49,764 nucleotides of DNA from Vicinamibacteria bacterium. Its GTDB lineage: Bacteria > Acidobacteriota > Vicinamibacteria > Vicinamibacterales > JAENWD01. Positions 48,031 through 49,764 of the stretch are shown here, piece after piece. The stretch's first letter is position 1. Every line of letters begins with the position of its first letter. The stretch spans positions 1 through 49,764 of the forward strand of contig JAENWD010000289.1 in NCBI GenBank assembly GCA_016650245.1, written 5' to 3'. The notes under the pieces are model-generated. The model saw nothing but the letters and a program-made list of their open reading frames with translations, was not told the DNA's origin and made no database searches. A program made the position numbers and the translations under genes.

Positions 48031-48132
48031 GCTACAGGCTGCAGGCCCGGCGTCTGGAGTCCGAAGCCTGAAGCCCGCGTGTGATCGGCTGGGGAGCCTA
48101 ATCTCCATCGGCAATCTGCAATCGGCAATTCT
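48031..48132. repeat. Cluster of mini heptamer arrays: GCTACAG GCTGCAG (48031-48044); TCTGGAG TCCGAAG CCTGAAG (48053-48073, family B inverted); TAATCTC..CAATCTG CAATCGG CAATTCT (48099-48132, family A)
   Basis: Read directly. It lies in the 5' region of the nucleoside hydrolase gene. Confidence 0.7.
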
Positions 48133-48386
48133 TAGAGACCGCCCCGGCGTCTCCCCCTATACCGGCCGGCTGGGTTTGTGTCAGCTCAAGGCCAGAGGCA
48201 CCGAGACGGTCTGCCGTTACGTGGGGCAAGGCAGGTGCCGGCGCGTTCGGTTGTCGCCGGAGGCCGCCGCTAACTCTTCAGGGCGCAGCGTCTTGGCGGC
48301 CTTTGGGCCACCCGCCTGAAGGGCACGGCGCGAGGGCAGTTGTCTGCCCCCACTCGGATGAAGGTCCGACGATGATGAGACGGCGC

Positions 48387-49764
48387 TCAGCGCCTCAGCG
48401 TGCGTGCGCTGGCCGTGTTTGAGTAGGCCGAGTAGATCGTCGGCGTGCCAGTCCGGACGGCCCGCACCCGGTAGTAGTAGAGCTTGTTCTTCGCCAGTCC
48501 GGTGCTGGCGTACGCCTGGATGTTGGCGCCCACAGTGACGATGGTCGTGAAGGCGGAGCCGTTGGTCGAGCGCTGCACTTCGAAGCCGGTTTCGTTGTTG
48601 GCCTGATCCACCCACGTCAGATCGATGATGGTCGTCGTGCGTGCGGTGGCCGTCAGACCCGAGGGCGCTGCCACTGTCGTGGCCGCCGGAGTGGTTGCTG
48701 ACGCCTCGCTTGTATAGGCCGAGACGCCCCCCGCGTTCCACGCCTGCACGCGGTACCGATACGTCGTGCCCGCGGACAGCCCGCTGTCGACCAGGCCGGT
48801 GGTATTGGCGCCCGGCGTGGCGATCTGCGCGAAGCTGCCGCCCACCAGCGCGCGCTCGACGTTGAAACCGTCTTCGTTGGTCGCGTTGTCGGTCCAGCCG
48901 AGGGTGATGCTCGTCCCCGAGGCGCCCGCGGTCAGCCCTGTCGGCGCCTCCGGCGGCGCCGGCAGCACGCTGCCCTTGAGAATCGTGAACGAATCGCGCG
49001 TGACGCCGGACGAGTCGAGAAATACCGCATCCAGGCGGCCGTCGTCGACGTCCAGGACCATGGACCCGAGGCTGTTGAGCGAGACGACCATCGCCGGGTG
49101 ATTCAACGTCCCACCGCCGATCTTGCCGGAACTGCCGGCCACCGCATACACGGCGCCGGCATGGCTGGCCAGTCCCGCTGGCTTCTGATACGCCCCGGTG
49201 CCGCTTTCGCGGCCGTTGCCGCCGTCGACCTTCATCCCCGCGGTGAAGGTGCCGGATGTGCCGTAGTGGCCGTCGATCAAATACGAGCGCTCGTACGAAT
49301 GGCTGTGGCCGGTGAGGACCAGATCGACGCCGGCGTCTTCGAGAATCGGCAAGGCGTTCTGCCGCATCTCCACCGACTCGACGTCCACATCAGAGTTGTG
49401 CGACCCCTTGGTGTACGGCGGGTGGTGGAAGAACACGATCAGCCAGGGCTGGTTGGTGGACGACAGATCCTGCTGCAGCCACGTGAGCATGGCCCCGTTG
49501 GTCGAGCGATTCGTCTCGAACGACTCGAGCGTCACAAAATGAATATTGCCGTAGTCAAACGAGTAGTACGCCTCGGTACCCGACGACAGGCCGCCAGCTT
49601 GTCCGGCTTTGGGCAGCGTGAAAATGTCGTAGTAGGGGCCGGTGCCCGTGGCCGAATCGGCCGTCATGCCGTCGTGGTTGCCCAGTGTCGGCCACAGGAC
49701 GCTGCTGCGCAGAGTCGCCGGATACATGTCGAACACTGCGGCCTGAAACTGCGGGTCGGTCCCC
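48387..49764 (-). CDS. Metallophosphoesterase (purple-acid-phosphatase-like) with two C-terminal fibronectin type III domains; 5' end outside window
   Basis: The reading frame is open to the window edge (GTDPQFQAAVFDMYP...). Metallophosphoesterase motifs are present (LGNHD, FFHHPPY, GHSHSYER). Two FN3-like repeats follow (PTGLTAGASGTSITLGWTDNATNEDGFNVER and PSGLTATARTTTIIDLTWVDQANNETGFEVQR). Confidence 0.8.
   Translation of the reverse strand, partial: GTDPQFQAAVFDMYPATLRSSVLWPTLGNHDGMTADSATGTGPYYDIFTLPKAGQAGGLSSGTEAYYSFDYGNIHFVTLESFETNRSTNGAMLTWLQQDLSSTNQPWLIVFFHHPPYTKGSHNSDVDVESVEMRQNALPILEDAGVDLVLTGHSHSYERSYLIDGHYGTSGTFTAGMKVDGGNGRESGTGAYQKPAGLASHAGAVYAVAGSSGKIGGGTLNHPAMVVSLNSLGSMVLDVDDGRLDAVFLDSSGVTRDSFTILKGSVLPAPPEAPTGLTAGASGTSITLGWTDNATNEDGFNVERALVGGSFAQIATPGANTTGLVDSGLSAGTTYRYRVQAWNAGGVSAYTSEASATTPAATTVAAPSGLTATARTTTIIDLTWVDQANNETGFEVQRSTNGSAFTTIVTVGANIQAYASTGLAKNKLYYYRVRAVRTGTPTIYSAYSNTASARTLRR

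Noticed and set aside
48136-48330. tRNA, riboswitch or known sRNA in the largest intergenic region (and elsewhere)
   Set aside because: I found no GTTCGAATC-type T-loop, no cloverleaf, and no motif I could match to purine, preQ1, ZTP or other riboswitches. Only generic GC hairpins are present. It is reported as an open question rather than a call.

Overview
High-GC bacterial chromosomal segment (GC not computed). I infer an Acidobacteriota-like origin from the gene content: CarboxypepD_reg-type TonB-dependent receptors, a 'VWFA-related acidobacterial domain' type protein and many Tat-exported sugar oxidoreductases. I support about 40 CDS. These are two TonB-dependent receptors; an AI-2E transporter; a phosphate module (DUF47/PhoU-like + PiT transporter, convergent with PhoR/PhoB-like genes); a minus-strand string MFS -> POTRA-less Omp85 barrel -> secreted protein with protein-kinase-like motifs -> NiCoT/UreH-like metal permease; a heparinase II/III-like protein; feoA-feoB plus a small membrane protein; recQ; an ATP-grasp + putative Zn-metallopeptidase pair; an MFS transporter; an OYE-type flavin oxidoreductase; and a large periplasmic carbohydrate trimming/oxidation island. 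The island holds an acetylxylan esterase, a GMC oxidoreductase with its Tat small subunit, a GH29 fucosidase, two TIM-barrel isomerases, two Gfo/Idh/MocA oxidoreductases, a PQQ-type sugar dehydrogenase, an SMP-30 lactonase, cytochrome c and an SSS symporter. A nucleoside hydrolase and a metallophosphoesterase-FN3 protein follow. I recognised no rRNA, tRNA, CRISPR, transposase, integrase or phage genes. The most unusual feature is non-genic. Most intergenic spacers longer than about 25 nt are filled with short-period tandem arrays (7, 9 or 10 nt units) from a few recurring sequence families. These arrays often abut or contain the flanking stop or start codons. At three convergent gene junctions they sit as inverted arrays that predict long hairpins. 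The same heptamer family also sits in frame inside recQ and inside an MFS transporter, and a 9-nt family encodes the n-region of a signal peptide. The best protein-level candidate for an undescribed system is the MFS/Omp85/secreted kinase-like/metal permease operon at 10859-15823. All protein calls rest on motif recognition by eye; no database search was possible.
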